Below are positions 27,421-37,779 of a stretch of 64,000 nt of DNA, one piece after another (the stretch's first letter is position 1; the number at the start of each line of letters is the position of its first letter). A program made the translations under genes and the position numbers. The notes beneath the pieces are model-generated. The model was not told where the DNA came from. It saw nothing but the letters and a program-made list of their open reading frames with translations, and did no database searches. Source of the stretch: an uncultured Bacteroidaceae bacterium (lineage in GTDB: Bacteria; Bacteroidota; Bacteroidia; Bacteroidales; GCA-2748055); the NCBI GenBank assembly GCA_964479445.1, contig CAYZMH010000005.1:7371-71370 (forward strand), read 5' to 3'.

Positions 27421-28824
27421 TTAATTTGCTCCTAAGTAAGAACGCACACAGCGGAAACCGATGTAGGATTTGGCCGTATCCTGGTATTCATAGGATCTCA
27501 TGCTTACCTGGAGATAGCGGGCCACATCTTTCCACGAACCGCCCCGGATCACTTTACGCTTCATTACCGGGGGGTCATCGGGATGTGCGTTGTATTTGTA
27601 GTTGGGGTTCATGGTATGCGAGAAGACATATGCAGAGGGATCGTAAGCATTGATGGTCCATTCAGCTACATTACCGGCCATGTCATAGAGGCCGTACTCA
27701 TTGGCCGAGTAAGTTCCGACGCGCTCTGTAGCGAGGGCTCCGTCATCCACATAGTTTCCGCGCAGGGGTTTAAAGTTGGCTACGAAACAGCCTATTTTGT
27801 TTCTCAGGTAAACTCCACCCCAGGGGTACATGCTGTGGTCGAGGTTCCCGCGGGCTGCAAATTCCCATTCGGCTTCGATGGGCAATCGGTAATCCTGCAC
27901 CAGCGGCTGACCTGCTTTTGAGAGGGCATCATTGAGATAGCTGGTCCTCCAGTTGCAGAAGGCATTGGCCTGTTTCCAGTTGACGCCTACCACAGGATAA
28001 TTGTCGTAGGAGGGATGCCAGAAGTACATGGTAGCCATCGGCTCGTTATAGGAATAGGTGAAATCGGCGATCCATACCAGGGTGTCGGGATATACCATAA
28101 CCCAATCCCTGTTCACAAAGGAACTTCGGCTGGTTACATCTTCCTGTTCACCGGTCGGACGTGTAACCGTACCATTATAGGTAACCGTTGGTTCATCGTC
28201 TCCTACTGAATAATCCAGCTGGAACCGGTTCGATTGTTTGGCGGCCTGGTGAAGATCTACCCAATAGTAATTATAGATAAGCTTGGTGATGTTCAATTCT
28301 TTTCCACGGGGTGATAATTGATCGGGACCGGAGTAGTAGATTCCCATGTTATCGATCAACTGTTTCAGGTTACCTTCTTTATCTTTACCGATTTCAAGAG
28401 GGGTTTCCCAGTTAATGATGGGTTCATCGTTCCGGTCCATCATCGGCTGACCCTCCTCGTTTTTGGCGATAAAGTCTTCCACTCCGTTAACGGCAAAATA
28501 TTTACGGATCAATGAATCTTTCACCCAGAAAACGAATTGTCGGTACTCGTTGTTAGTGATCTCCGTTTCATCCATCCAGAACGCATCGATGGAGACTGTT
28601 CTGTTTGTAACATTTTGGGCGAAAGCAATATCCTGGTCGCTGGGTCCCATGGTGAAGGATCCGGCCGGAACAAAGATCATTCCGTAAGGATCAGGCTCCA
28701 CGTAAGCTTTGCGTCCTGGTACACCAACCAGTTCTCCTGTGTTGTAGTTTGAGCAACTTCCCAAGATCGTTACCAGTAATGCTAATGTCAGTAATCGTTT
28801 CATGACTATCGGGTATTTATGCAA
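27421..28824 (-). CDS. gldK: T9SS ring lipoprotein GldK (PorK)
   Basis: Lipobox LGSC, GELVGV, PYGMIFVPAGSFTMG, YPVVGVNWKQA, LPIEAEWEFAARG, GLYDMAGNVAEW (FGE/sulfatase-modifying fold). Confidence 0.96.
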   Translation of the reverse strand: MHKYPIVMKRLLTLALLVTILGSCSNYNTGELVGVPGRKAYVEPDPYGMIFVPAGSFTMGPSDQDIAFAQNVTNRTVSIDAFWMDETEITNNEYRQFVFWVKDSLIRKYFAVNGVEDFIAKNEEGQPMMDRNDEPIINWETPLEIGKDKEGNLKQLIDNMGIYYSGPDQLSPRGKELNITKLIYNYYWVDLHQAAKQSNRFQLDYSVGDDEPTVTYNGTVTRPTGEQEDVTSRSSFVNRDWVMVYPDTLVWIADFTYSYNEPMATMYFWHPSYDNYPVVGVNWKQANAFCNWRTSYLNDALSKAGQPLVQDYRLPIEAEWEFAARGNLDHSMYPWGGVYLRNKIGCFVANFKPLRGNYVDDGALATERVGTYSANEYGLYDMAGNVAEWTINAYDPSAYVFSHTMNPNYKYNAHPDDPPVMKRKVIRGGSWKDVARYLQVSMRSYEYQDTAKSYIGFRCVRSYLGAN

Positions 28825-28882
28825 AACAGTCGTTGTTTAGAAGGTTTAAATTAAAAAAAACAATTTAAATATAGCTAAAATA

Positions 28883-29857
28883 TTATAAAAATCTTATGCT
28901 CTCGTATTTTTGCGGACTCCTGTCCAGGCTCAGATCAAAGCAATATCTCACGGTTACTTCATGGGATCCGCTGTTGTATTTCAGCAACGGGGATAATTCA
29001 AAATCATAGGAATACCCGATGTTGATCCCGTTTAGCAATTCCACGCCAAAGAGGGCGGTTACCGCTCCTCCCACTGTATATGAAACTCCCCCCCAGAACT
29101 TTTTATTGTACCTTATGTTGGTATTGAGGTAGAAGTGGTGCGACTTCAGGTCGGTTTGCAGCATTACCGCAGGCATGATTTCGAACATGGGATTTGGAAG
29201 CTGGATGGTATACCCTGCCGTTGCATAATAATGGCGTACCAATTTCATTTCTGCCAGTTCCTCGGGAAAATCAAAAGAAGTTTGATTCAGGTGCGTGGTG
29301 GATATCCCTGCATAAAGGTTGTCGGATGAATAGTAGGCTCCCAGGCCCATGTCGAATCCAAAATAACTGCCCCCGTTTTGCGGGATGGCATCATCCTGGT
29401 CGGGCTGGATCACATCGGCCCCGTTCCACTCCGGGGAGAGGGAATGGTTGGCCACTCCCAGGTTCACCCCGAGTCCGAGTGTTCCCGTTCCCAGGTCAAT
29501 TTTGAAAGAGTAGGCAGCATTTACGGCCAGATCGTTGTTAAAGGCCAGGTTGTCGTTCATCAGGTTGATCCCAACTCCGTGACTCCGACCGAATAAATTG
29601 AATGGTGCATGGGCGGTGAGCGTTGTGACCACCGGGGCATTTGGAAGACCCATCCATTGATTCCGGAAAGCGGCAGCTGCACAGATCTTATCGCTGTTTC
29701 CCATGGCCCCCGGATTGTAAAGGGGTACAAGAAACATACTCTGGCTGAATTTAGGATCCTGCTGCGCCATCGCGTTATGGGTTAAAATTCCTACAAAAAA
29801 TATTGCAACCAGTTTTTTCATTGACTTGAAAATCAAGGCTACTCTTCGCCTGCACAT
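28883..29857 (-). CDS. porP: T9SS membrane protein PorP/SprF family
   Basis: AQQDPKFSQSMF..LYNPGAMG, FRNQWMGLPNAP, GSHEVTVRY; located directly upstream of gldK. Confidence 0.92.
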   Translation of the reverse strand: MCRRRVALIFKSMKKLVAIFFVGILTHNAMAQQDPKFSQSMFLVPLYNPGAMGNSDKICAAAAFRNQWMGLPNAPVVTTLTAHAPFNLFGRSHGVGINLMNDNLAFNNDLAVNAAYSFKIDLGTGTLGLGVNLGVANHSLSPEWNGADVIQPDQDDAIPQNGGSYFGFDMGLGAYYSSDNLYAGISTTHLNQTSFDFPEELAEMKLVRHYYATAGYTIQLPNPMFEIMPAVMLQTDLKSHHFYLNTNIRYNKKFWGGVSYTVGGAVTALFGVELLNGINIGYSYDFELSPLLKYNSGSHEVTVRYCFDLSLDRSPQKYESIRFL

Positions 29858-29907
29858 TCATTTGTTACCGAAGTAAAATAAGTAAAAATTATCCTTCGGC
29901 ACAAATT

Positions 29908-29931
29908 TTATTAACATAAGCGTGTTAATAA
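29908..29931. promoter_or_regulatory. Inverted repeat upstream of the porP-gldKLMN operon
   Basis: TTATTAACA-taagcg-TGTTAATAA, with perfect 9-bp arms. Confidence 0.4.
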
Positions 29932-30007
29932 CACCACATCTGTCTCTTTCTCAACTCTGTTCCGGCGAATATGCGGCTTTGGTCCGCACCCGGCACCGTC
30001 TCTTTTT

Positions 30008-31177
30008 TCATCTTGCCAACCGCCTTAGATATTTCCACCAGCGATCAGGAATCTCCTGGTTACATGCTCTCTGGTAGTCTTCATACGAACAGGAGATAAA
30101 AAAGTTGTGATTTGTGGCCGGATTTTTTGCCGGGAGTTCCATCCACCACTTCTCAGAGAGGGTGCTTTTATGGAAAACCAGCTTCTCCTCGCTTTCGTTC
30201 ATGCTGATTATGAACTTCCTGGTATGTTCGGGAGTCTCCAGGGGGTGTTCTTTGATCCGCCGGGAGAGCCCGTCGATAAAATACCAGATTGCCTGGGCAG
30301 CCAGGTGGGAGGTCTGGTCGTTCAGGTCGTTGGAGGGGTTTAGTTCGAAAATTCCAAGCGCCTTAAGTGTATGGCTCAACCCTGCGTAACGGGTGAGCAT
30401 ACACCATTCATCCCCGAAAAAACCATTGGGGGAGGGGATGGTGGTACCGGGTGCGTCGGAATGGCGGACTGCATTTATATCCATGCTTATAAATGCCGAA
30501 TCACGGATTATGGGTTCTGCCATTTTCAGCTGATGGCGTATTTCCCCGAGGCGGGTAGCGACCTGGTGCTCGTTCTCGATACGGTCCAGCTGTTGCCCTG
30601 TGACGAAATAGACCTGGTGACCGATATGACAGGGAATAAAGTGCCCGGTTTTTTCAGGATCCATTATATAATCCAGGTAATTCCTGGAATGGATCTCCTG
30701 TTCAGGTTTCACGGCAAAGTCGAAGCGCGGGTCCACGGTAAGAACCTGGTGCGTGCCGGTACGTTTTTCCAGGGCCAGGAAAGCCCCGAAGCTCAGATCC
30801 TGTGAGCCCCCTATGAACAGGGGGACAATATCTCTTTCCATCAACTCCAGGGTGATGTCCCTGAGGGCATAATAGGTATCTGAAACCCGCTCTGTAATCT
30901 TGAGGTTCCCCAGGTCATATACCTGTATATTGTCATTGATCATCCTGAGCTGGTAGAGCATTCCCCTGACCCGGTCGGGGGCTTCCGCACTTCCTTTGAT
31001 CAGTGCATTTCCATCCTGGGGAATTCCCACCAGTGCAAGCTGGTGCCTGTCAAGGTCGCGGATGGGGCGGTCGGGTGTATGGATGGAGATGTTCCGGCTG
31101 AATGAATGTTCTTCCGGAACAAAATGAAAACGGGGTCTCTCCAGGCTTACAGGATCGAAATAATCATTGAGATCCAT
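30008..31177 (-). CDS. Arginase/formimidoylglutamase-fold protein with degenerate metal ligands
   Basis: YDLGNL, GGSQDLSF, DPRFD, SMDINAVR, PNGF, FELNP..D. The likely start is MDLNDYF at 31177. Confidence 0.85.
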   Translation of the reverse strand: MDLNDYFDPVSLERPRFHFVPEEHSFSRNISIHTPDRPIRDLDRHQLALVGIPQDGNALIKGSAEAPDRVRGMLYQLRMINDNIQVYDLGNLKITERVSDTYYALRDITLELMERDIVPLFIGGSQDLSFGAFLALEKRTGTHQVLTVDPRFDFAVKPEQEIHSRNYLDYIMDPEKTGHFIPCHIGHQVYFVTGQQLDRIENEHQVATRLGEIRHQLKMAEPIIRDSAFISMDINAVRHSDAPGTTIPSPNGFFGDEWCMLTRYAGLSHTLKALGIFELNPSNDLNDQTSHLAAQAIWYFIDGLSRRIKEHPLETPEHTRKFIISMNESEEKLVFHKSTLSEKWWMELPAKNPATNHNFFISCSYEDYQRACNQEIPDRWWKYLRRLAR

Positions 31178-31188
31178 GGATACGGGGT

Positions 31189-33528
31189 TTATTTTTTCCG
31201 CCTCCTGGCGGGTTTTTCGGGTGCTTTGGCGATAATCTCCCTGCACTCTTCAAGGCTCAGGTCTTCCGGTTTTTTACTCTTCGGGATCCTGTAGTTCTTT
31301 TTCTGGTATGCGATGTAGGGTCCGTACCTCCCGTTCAGCACCTGCAGTTCGGGTTCTTCATTGAAGGTCTTTATCACCTTTTTCTTATCGGCCTCTCTCT
31401 TGGCCCTGATGATCTCTATCGCCCGGTCCCGTTCAATGGTGTAGGGATCGTCCCCTTTTTGCAGCGAGTAGAATTTGTTCTGATGCCTGACGTACGGTCC
31501 GTACCGCCCGATGGAAACGGTCACGGGTTCCTCCTCGAAGTTTCCGATCTCCCTGGGCAGCCGGAAAAGCTTCAGGGCTTCTTCCAGGGTGATGGTTTCG
31601 ATGCTCTGTCCTTTCAGAAGGCTGGCGAATTTGGGTTTTTCCTCATCTTCAGCATCTCCCAGTTGTGCCATAGGGCCGTACCTTCCGATCTTCACGTAGA
31701 CGGGTTTGCCGGTTTCCGGATCGGTTCCCAGCAGTTTCTCGCCTTTGGATTTTTCCGATGTCTCGGCAGTGGTATTGATGCGCTCATGAAAGGGTTCATA
31801 GAATCTTTCGATCATTTTGGTCCAGTCCATATTACCCACGGCGATCTCATCGAACTCCTTCTCTACCCTGGCGGTGAAGTTATAATTCATGATGTCCCTG
31901 AAGTACTGCTCCAGGAAGTCATTGACGATCATTCCGATGTCGGTTGGGAAAAGCTTGGCCCTTTCGTATCCGGTCTTCTCCTCTTTTTCACTCTTTTTCA
32001 GCTTGTTTGCCTCCAATACGAGGTACCGCACCGTCCGGGTGGTACCTTCGCGGTCTTCTTTGACCACGTATTCGCGTTGCTGGATGGTGGATATGGTGGG
32101 GGCATAGGTGGAGGGTCTGCCGATTCCCAGTTCCTCCATTTTGCGCACCAGGCTGGCTTCGGTGAAGCGGGGGGGATGAGCGGTATATTTCTGGATGGCC
32201 TCCAGCCGTTTGTAACCCAATTTCATATTCTCTTTCATGGGAGGAAGTAATCCCCGGGTCTCCTCTTCCTGCTCGTCATCCCTGGATTCCATGTAAACTT
32301 TCAGGAAACCGTCGAAAGTGATCACCTCCCCGGTGGCAATGAACTTTTCTTTCAGGGGCGTTGATTGCGGGTCATTTCCTGAGATCTGGATGTGAACCGT
32401 GGTTTTTTCAAGCCGGGCGTCGCTCATCTGGGAGGCTATGGTTCTTTTCCAGATCAATTCATAGAGACGCTGTTCCTGACGGTTTCCGGGGATCTCCCGG
32501 GTATTTATATAGGTTGGCCGTATTGCTTCGTGAGCCTCCTGGGCCCCCTGCGACCTGGTGGTAAAGTTGCGGCTCTTGAGGTATTTCTCACCGAAGGCGG
32601 AGTTGATTTCCTGTGCAGCCGTGGAGATCGCCAGCTTGGAGAGGTTTACCGAGTCTGTACGCATGTAGGTAATGCGCCCCGATTCATAGAGACGCTGGGC
32701 AACCGACATGGTTTGTGCTACCGAAAAACCAAGTTTACGGCTCGCCTCCTGCTGAAGGGTAGAGGTGGTAAAAGGCGGTGCCGGTGATTTTTTTCCGGGT
32801 TTCTTTTCGATGGAGGTGACGGTGAAGATGCTCTCTTTGCATTGCTCCAGGAACGATTCGGTCTCTTCCAGGGTGTCAAATTTCCGGGAGAGGTCGGCTT
32901 TTATGGTTTGGACCGAACCATTATCTGCAGGCAGGTTGAATAATCCGGTTACCTTAAAATACGCTTTGGGTTTGAAAGTATTGATTTCCCGTTCCCGCTC
33001 CACGATAAGCTTTACTGCCACGCTCTGCACCCTTCCGGCAGAGAGGGCCGGTTTCACTTTTTTCCATAGAAGCGGGGAGAGTTCGAATCCCACGAGCCGG
33101 TCGAGGATCCTGCGGGCCTGCTGCGCATTTACCAGGTTATTGTCGACCTTGCGCGGGTTTTCAATAGCCTGTTGAATGGCATTTTTGGTGATTTCATGGA
33201 AAACGATCCGGTACGTCTTATCCGGGTCCAGCTCCAGTACTTCCTGCAGGTGCCATGCAATGGCTTCCCCTTCGCGGTCTTCATCGGAGGCGATCCAGAC
33301 CTTCCTGGCTTCAGCGGCAAGTTTTTTCAGTTCGCTGACCACCTTTTTCTTATCATTGGATATGACGTATTGGGGCTTAAAATTGTGTTCGGTATCGATT
33401 CCCAGGTTCTTTTTAGCCAGGTCACGAACATGGCCATAACTCGACTTCACCAGGTAATCCTTCCCCAGAAACCGCTCTATGGTTTTAGCTTTTGCGGGGG
33501 ATTCGACAATTACCAAATTTTCAATCAT
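31189..33528 (-). CDS. topA: DNA topoisomerase I
   Basis: LVIVESPAKAKTI, SYGHVRDL, ASDEDREGEAIAWH, SAGRVQS, ITYMRTDS, GIGRPSTYA. Confidence 0.98.
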   Translation of the reverse strand: MIENLVIVESPAKAKTIERFLGKDYLVKSSYGHVRDLAKKNLGIDTEHNFKPQYVISNDKKKVVSELKKLAAEARKVWIASDEDREGEAIAWHLQEVLELDPDKTYRIVFHEITKNAIQQAIENPRKVDNNLVNAQQARRILDRLVGFELSPLLWKKVKPALSAGRVQSVAVKLIVEREREINTFKPKAYFKVTGLFNLPADNGSVQTIKADLSRKFDTLEETESFLEQCKESIFTVTSIEKKPGKKSPAPPFTTSTLQQEASRKLGFSVAQTMSVAQRLYESGRITYMRTDSVNLSKLAISTAAQEINSAFGEKYLKSRNFTTRSQGAQEAHEAIRPTYINTREIPGNRQEQRLYELIWKRTIASQMSDARLEKTTVHIQISGNDPQSTPLKEKFIATGEVITFDGFLKVYMESRDDEQEEETRGLLPPMKENMKLGYKRLEAIQKYTAHPPRFTEASLVRKMEELGIGRPSTYAPTISTIQQREYVVKEDREGTTRTVRYLVLEANKLKKSEKEEKTGYERAKLFPTDIGMIVNDFLEQYFRDIMNYNFTARVEKEFDEIAVGNMDWTKMIERFYEPFHERINTTAETSEKSKGEKLLGTDPETGKPVYVKIGRYGPMAQLGDAEDEEKPKFASLLKGQSIETITLEEALKLFRLPREIGNFEEEPVTVSIGRYGPYVRHQNKFYSLQKGDDPYTIERDRAIEIIRAKREADKKKVIKTFNEEPELQVLNGRYGPYIAYQKKNYRIPKSKKPEDLSLEECREIIAKAPEKPARRRKK

Positions 33529-33643
33529 TTTCAGTACACTCCATCGTTAGGTGAAAGATCACAAAATTAAAGGAATTGATTAACAATCGATCAAAAATTT
33601 CAATATAAAATAATTGTTATTTTTGTGTCAAACAAAATCCATC

Positions 33644-35989
33644 ATGCCTGATAAAGCGGATAGATCCAACCTGTACCTTATTATTTTATGGTCGGTTTAC
33701 GGTGCCGTGCTGCTTACGATCATCATCCTTTTTATCCTTATTGCCAGGGGTAAGATGGGCTTTATGCCCACCTTCGAGGAGCTTGAAAACCCACAGACCA
33801 ATCTTGCCTCGGAGATCTATACAGACAGTTCGGAGGTGCTTGGAAAGTTTTTCGTGGAGAACCGTACGTTCGTGGATTACGAGGATCTTTCGCCCCACCT
33901 GGTAGATGCCCTGATAGCTACGGAAGATGTGCGGTACTACCGCCACTCGGGGATTGATATACGGAGCTTGTTCCGCGTAGCGATAAAAACCGTACTGCTC
34001 CGTCAGGAAGCAGGCGGGGGAAGCACCATTTCCCAGCAGCTGGCCAAGAATCTCTTCCCGAGGGACACCACCTACAGGAAAACCAAACTGGGACGAGCCG
34101 TGCATATGGCGGTCGTGAAGTTCAAGGAGTGGAACACGGCCGTGCGGCTTGAGCGCAGTTATACAAAAAACGAGATCATTGTCATGTACCTCAATACCGT
34201 GCCCTTTGGCGGCGATGCGGTGGTAGGGATTAAATCGGCAGCCAGAACATTTTTTGAGACCACCCCCGATTCCCTGAAGCAGGAGGAGGCTGCTATACTG
34301 GTGGGCATGCTTAAAGCTCCCTCCCTGTATAATCCCTACCGGAATCCTGAGCGGGCGAAAGAGCGAAGGAATATTGTTCTCAGCCAGATGGTGAAGTATG
34401 AATACCTGGATACGCTGACCGCAGATTCGCTCAGAAAGTTGCCGGTGGAAGCGGAGTTCAATGTGGCCGGACATACTCAGGGACTGGCGCCCCATTTCCG
34501 TACCTACCTGAGGGTGATAATGAATGCCGACAAACCCTCCCGGGATGAATATCCAAGCTGGGGTTACGAAACGTTTAAACGCGATTCCCTGCGCTGGTTT
34601 AACGATCCCCTCTATGGGTGGATCCATAAAAATCCCAAGGCGGATGGGACGGAGTACAACCTTTACCGCGACGGGTTGCAGATCTACAGCACCATCAATA
34701 TGAAGATGCAGCAATATGCCGAATCATCTCTGGAGGAGCATCTGAAGGAGTACCTGCAACCTGCATTTTTCAGGGAGAAGGAGGGACGAACCGATGCACC
34801 TTTCGAGGGGGTCAGCGATAAGGAGATGGAGCGGATTATGATGCGGTCGGTGAGGCAATCGGGTCGCTATCGCAGGTTGCGCAGTGAAGGTGTTTCGGAG
34901 GACTCCATCATGATAAGCTTCAGGACACCGGCCGAGATGCGCGTATTTTCCTGGAGCGGACATGTGGATACGGTAATGACTCCCATGGATTCGATCAGGT
35001 ACTACAAGCACTTCCTGCGTTCAGGATTTATGGCTATGGAGCCACAGTCAGGTCATGTAAAAGCGTATGTTGGGGGGCACAATTACCGCTATTTCCAGTA
35101 TGATCATGTAACCATGGGGCGCCGCCAGGTGGGATCTACCGTGAAACCGTTTCTTTACCTGTTGGCCATGCAGGAGGGTGTTTCACCCTGCAAGCAAATT
35201 CCCCTGGTGCCCATTCAGTTCGAGGTCAATGATTCTGTCTATACCCCGAACGCACCGGGTCGCAATCAGCATGCCGGCAAATACGTGAGCCTGAAATGGG
35301 GTCTTGCCAACTCTCATAACTGGGTATCTGCCTGGCTTTTTAAGAACTACAACCCGGAAAGCATTATCCAGCTCATGCGGAACATGGGGATCTCTTCCCA
35401 TATTGACCCGGTACCTTCCATGATCTACGGTCCGTCCGATATCTCCCTGGAGGAGATGGTCGGGGCCTTTAACACCTTCTCCAACCAGGGCATCTATGTC
35501 ACTCCCACTTATGTGACGCGCATCGAGGACCGGTATGGAAATGTAATATCCACCTTCCAGGCTCGTGAGCGGGAGGCGATCAGCGAAGAGACTGCTTTCC
35601 TGATGCTTACCCTGCTCAGGGGAGTGGTGGACCGGGGTACAGCCGGGAGATTGCGGTATGTCTACAATTTCACGGGAGAGATTGCCGGGAAAACCGGTAC
35701 AACCCAGAATCAGAGCGACGGCTGGTTCATGGGGATTACCCCGAAACTGTCGGCAGGTGTATGGGTTGGGGGAGAGGACCGGTCCATCCATTTCGACGAA
35801 CTGGGGATGGGAGCCGGCAGCAATATGGCGCTTCCCATCTGGGGGAAATTCTTTGAAAAAGTCTATGCCGACTCCACCCTGGGCATTACGCAGGAAGATT
35901 ACTTTGAGAAACCGCCGGGCTTCCAGGTGAACCTGGATTGCCCCGACATTTCCGAAACACCTTCCGGCAACGATTTCAGTGGTTTTTAG
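33644..35989 (+). CDS. Penicillin-binding protein 1A (transglycosylase/transpeptidase)
   Basis: ATEDVRYY.HSGID, GGSTISQQLAKNL, RQVGSTVKPF (SxxK), SHN, KTGTTQ. The start is probably ATG 33644. Confidence 0.95.
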   Translation: MPDKADRSNLYLIILWSVYGAVLLTIIILFILIARGKMGFMPTFEELENPQTNLASEIYTDSSEVLGKFFVENRTFVDYEDLSPHLVDALIATEDVRYYRHSGIDIRSLFRVAIKTVLLRQEAGGGSTISQQLAKNLFPRDTTYRKTKLGRAVHMAVVKFKEWNTAVRLERSYTKNEIIVMYLNTVPFGGDAVVGIKSAARTFFETTPDSLKQEEAAILVGMLKAPSLYNPYRNPERAKERRNIVLSQMVKYEYLDTLTADSLRKLPVEAEFNVAGHTQGLAPHFRTYLRVIMNADKPSRDEYPSWGYETFKRDSLRWFNDPLYGWIHKNPKADGTEYNLYRDGLQIYSTINMKMQQYAESSLEEHLKEYLQPAFFREKEGRTDAPFEGVSDKEMERIMMRSVRQSGRYRRLRSEGVSEDSIMISFRTPAEMRVFSWSGHVDTVMTPMDSIRYYKHFLRSGFMAMEPQSGHVKAYVGGHNYRYFQYDHVTMGRRQVGSTVKPFLYLLAMQEGVSPCKQIPLVPIQFEVNDSVYTPNAPGRNQHAGKYVSLKWGLANSHNWVSAWLFKNYNPESIIQLMRNMGISSHIDPVPSMIYGPSDISLEEMVGAFNTFSNQGIYVTPTYVTRIEDRYGNVISTFQAREREAISEETAFLMLTLLRGVVDRGTAGRLRYVYNFTGEIAGKTGTTQNQSDGWFMGITPKLSAGVWVGGEDRSIHFDELGMGAGSNMALPIWGKFFEKVYADSTLGITQEDYFEKPPGFQVNLDCPDISETPSGNDFSGF

Positions 35990-35994
35990 GAGTA

Positions 35995-37779
35995 TTAACC
36001 CGGTACGGAATCCAGCAATTTCTGGGTATAAGGCGATTGGGGGTTCGTGTAGATCGTTTCAGCGTCCCCTTTTTCCACGATCGTACCGTTCGACATAATG
36101 ATCATCCTGTCTGACATATACCGCACAATGGTAAGGTCATGGGAGATGAAGATATAAGTTAATCCATACCGCTCTTTAAGGTCGTTCAACAGGTTCAGCA
36201 CCTGGGCCTGTACACTTACATCCAGGGCCGATACACTTTCATCCAGTACCAGAAATTCGGGCTCACATGCCAGGGCGCGCGCAATTCCGATCCGTTGCCT
36301 TTGTCCGCCCGAGAATTGGTGCGGGTACATTTCGACTGCAGAGGAAGGGAGTCCCACCTGGTGGAGTAACTCTTCGCATCGCTGTCTGCGTTGCCGGGCA
36401 CCATGCACCAGGTGATGGACCCGCAGGGGTTCGGTTATGATATTGCCTGCGGTCATACGGGGATTAAGGGATGAATAGGGGTCCTGGAAGACGATCTGAA
36501 TCCGGGAACGGACTTTCCGCATGGCGGAGGGTGACAGGGTATGAAGGGGAAGGCCATCGTATTCAATTTGACCGCTCCGAGTTTCTACCAGGCGCAGGAT
36601 CGCTCTTCCCAGTGTAGTTTTACCGCAACCCGACTCACCCACCAGGCCCAGTGTCTCTCCACGGAGCACCTCGAAGGAGACCGATTGAACAGCGCGCACC
36701 CCCTGATTTTTGCGACGACCCCGGAATACTACCTCAAGGTCATGGACCCTCAGGAGCGGTTCCCGCCGATTCAACCTTTCCCGGTGGTCTGTTGGCGCGA
36801 TATGATTTAATTCCGGTTGCAGAGATTGTGATTCCGCCAGAGGAGTTTTTACTCCTCCTTTTTCATAAGATTTCACTTCTTCTCTTCCGGGGCTTTTTGC
36901 TTCTTCCTTTGAGGCTTTTGTATCTTTTTTCTGCGGGTTTGCCCGGATGACCGACTGCACGGTAGGGAGTCGGTACGGTTTCTCCCCCGGCAAAGGTTTG
37001 CAGGCGAGCAGGCCACGGGTATAGCCGGTTGTTGGGTGATTCAGGAGTGCGGAGGTCTCATTCTCCTCCACGATCGTCCCCTGGTACATCACCGCGATCC
37101 GGTCGGCGATCTGTTTGATCACCATGAGGTCGTGGGATATGAACAGCACACTGAGGTTGTATTTCTCCTGCAGGGAAGCCAGCAGATCCAGGATGCTTTT
37201 CTGGACAGTTACATCCAGGGCGGTGGTAGGTTCATCGGCGATGAGCAGATCGGGGGAGGTAGCCAGTGCCTGGGCGATCATCACCCGCTGGCGCTGACCT
37301 CCAGACAGGGTATGGGGCCAGGCCCTGTAGATGCGTCTGACGTCAGGCAGTTTCACCTCCCGGAATAGCTCCAGGATCCTTTCCCTGGCCTGTTTGCGGG
37401 AATATCCCCTGTGCACGCGCAGGGTTTCGGCAGCCTGCTTACCGCAGCGTATGGAGGGATTAAGCGAAGTCATGGGTTCCTGGAAGATCATGCCGATCCG
37501 TTCGCCGCGAACCCGGTTCAGTGCACGTTGATCCAGGTTGGTGAGGGGTACCGGGGTTCCCCCTGTATGGAAGGTGATGGTTCCGGAGGTGATCCGGAGG
37601 GTTGGTGCCAGGAGGGCGGGTACAGAGAGTGCTGTAAGCGTCTTTCCCGATCCCGATTCCCCAACGAGTCCGACCACCCGGCCCCTTGGGATCTCCAGGT
37701 TGACGTTTTTTACCAGTTCGTTCTCTTTGTGCTTTATGGTAAGTCCTTCAATGGTCAGCAGAGGCTCATCCATTCCCAT
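35995..37779 (-). CDS. Dual-domain oligopeptide/dipeptide-type ABC ATPase
   Basis: Two NBDs: [24 protein letters not shown] and [24 protein letters not shown]; no adjacent permease. Confidence 0.93.
   Translation of the reverse strand: MGMDEPLLTIEGLTIKHKENELVKNVNLEIPRGRVVGLVGESGSGKTLTALSVPALLAPTLRITSGTITFHTGGTPVPLTNLDQRALNRVRGERIGMIFQEPMTSLNPSIRCGKQAAETLRVHRGYSRKQARERILELFREVKLPDVRRIYRAWPHTLSGGQRQRVMIAQALATSPDLLIADEPTTALDVTVQKSILDLLASLQEKYNLSVLFISHDLMVIKQIADRIAVMYQGTIVEENETSALLNHPTTGYTRGLLACKPLPGEKPYRLPTVQSVIRANPQKKDTKASKEEAKSPGREEVKSYEKGGVKTPLAESQSLQPELNHIAPTDHRERLNRREPLLRVHDLEVVFRGRRKNQGVRAVQSVSFEVLRGETLGLVGESGCGKTTLGRAILRLVETRSGQIEYDGLPLHTLSPSAMRKVRSRIQIVFQDPYSSLNPRMTAGNIITEPLRVHHLVHGARQRRQRCEELLHQVGLPSSAVEMYPHQFSGGQRQRIGIARALACEPEFLVLDESVSALDVSVQAQVLNLLNDLKERYGLTYIFISHDLTIVRYMSDRMIIMSNGTIVEKGDAETIYTNPQSPYTQKLLDSVPG

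Noticed and set aside
27421-28824. GldK as a formylglycine-generating enzyme
   Set aside because: The FGE fold in GldK/PorK is a known structural use, and the gldKLMN context settles the call.
33686-34714. 342 aa minus-strand ORF (likewise 48916-49779 and 61208-62089)
   Set aside because: Antisense to well-supported genes (PBP1A, nucleotide-sugar dehydrogenase, holB).
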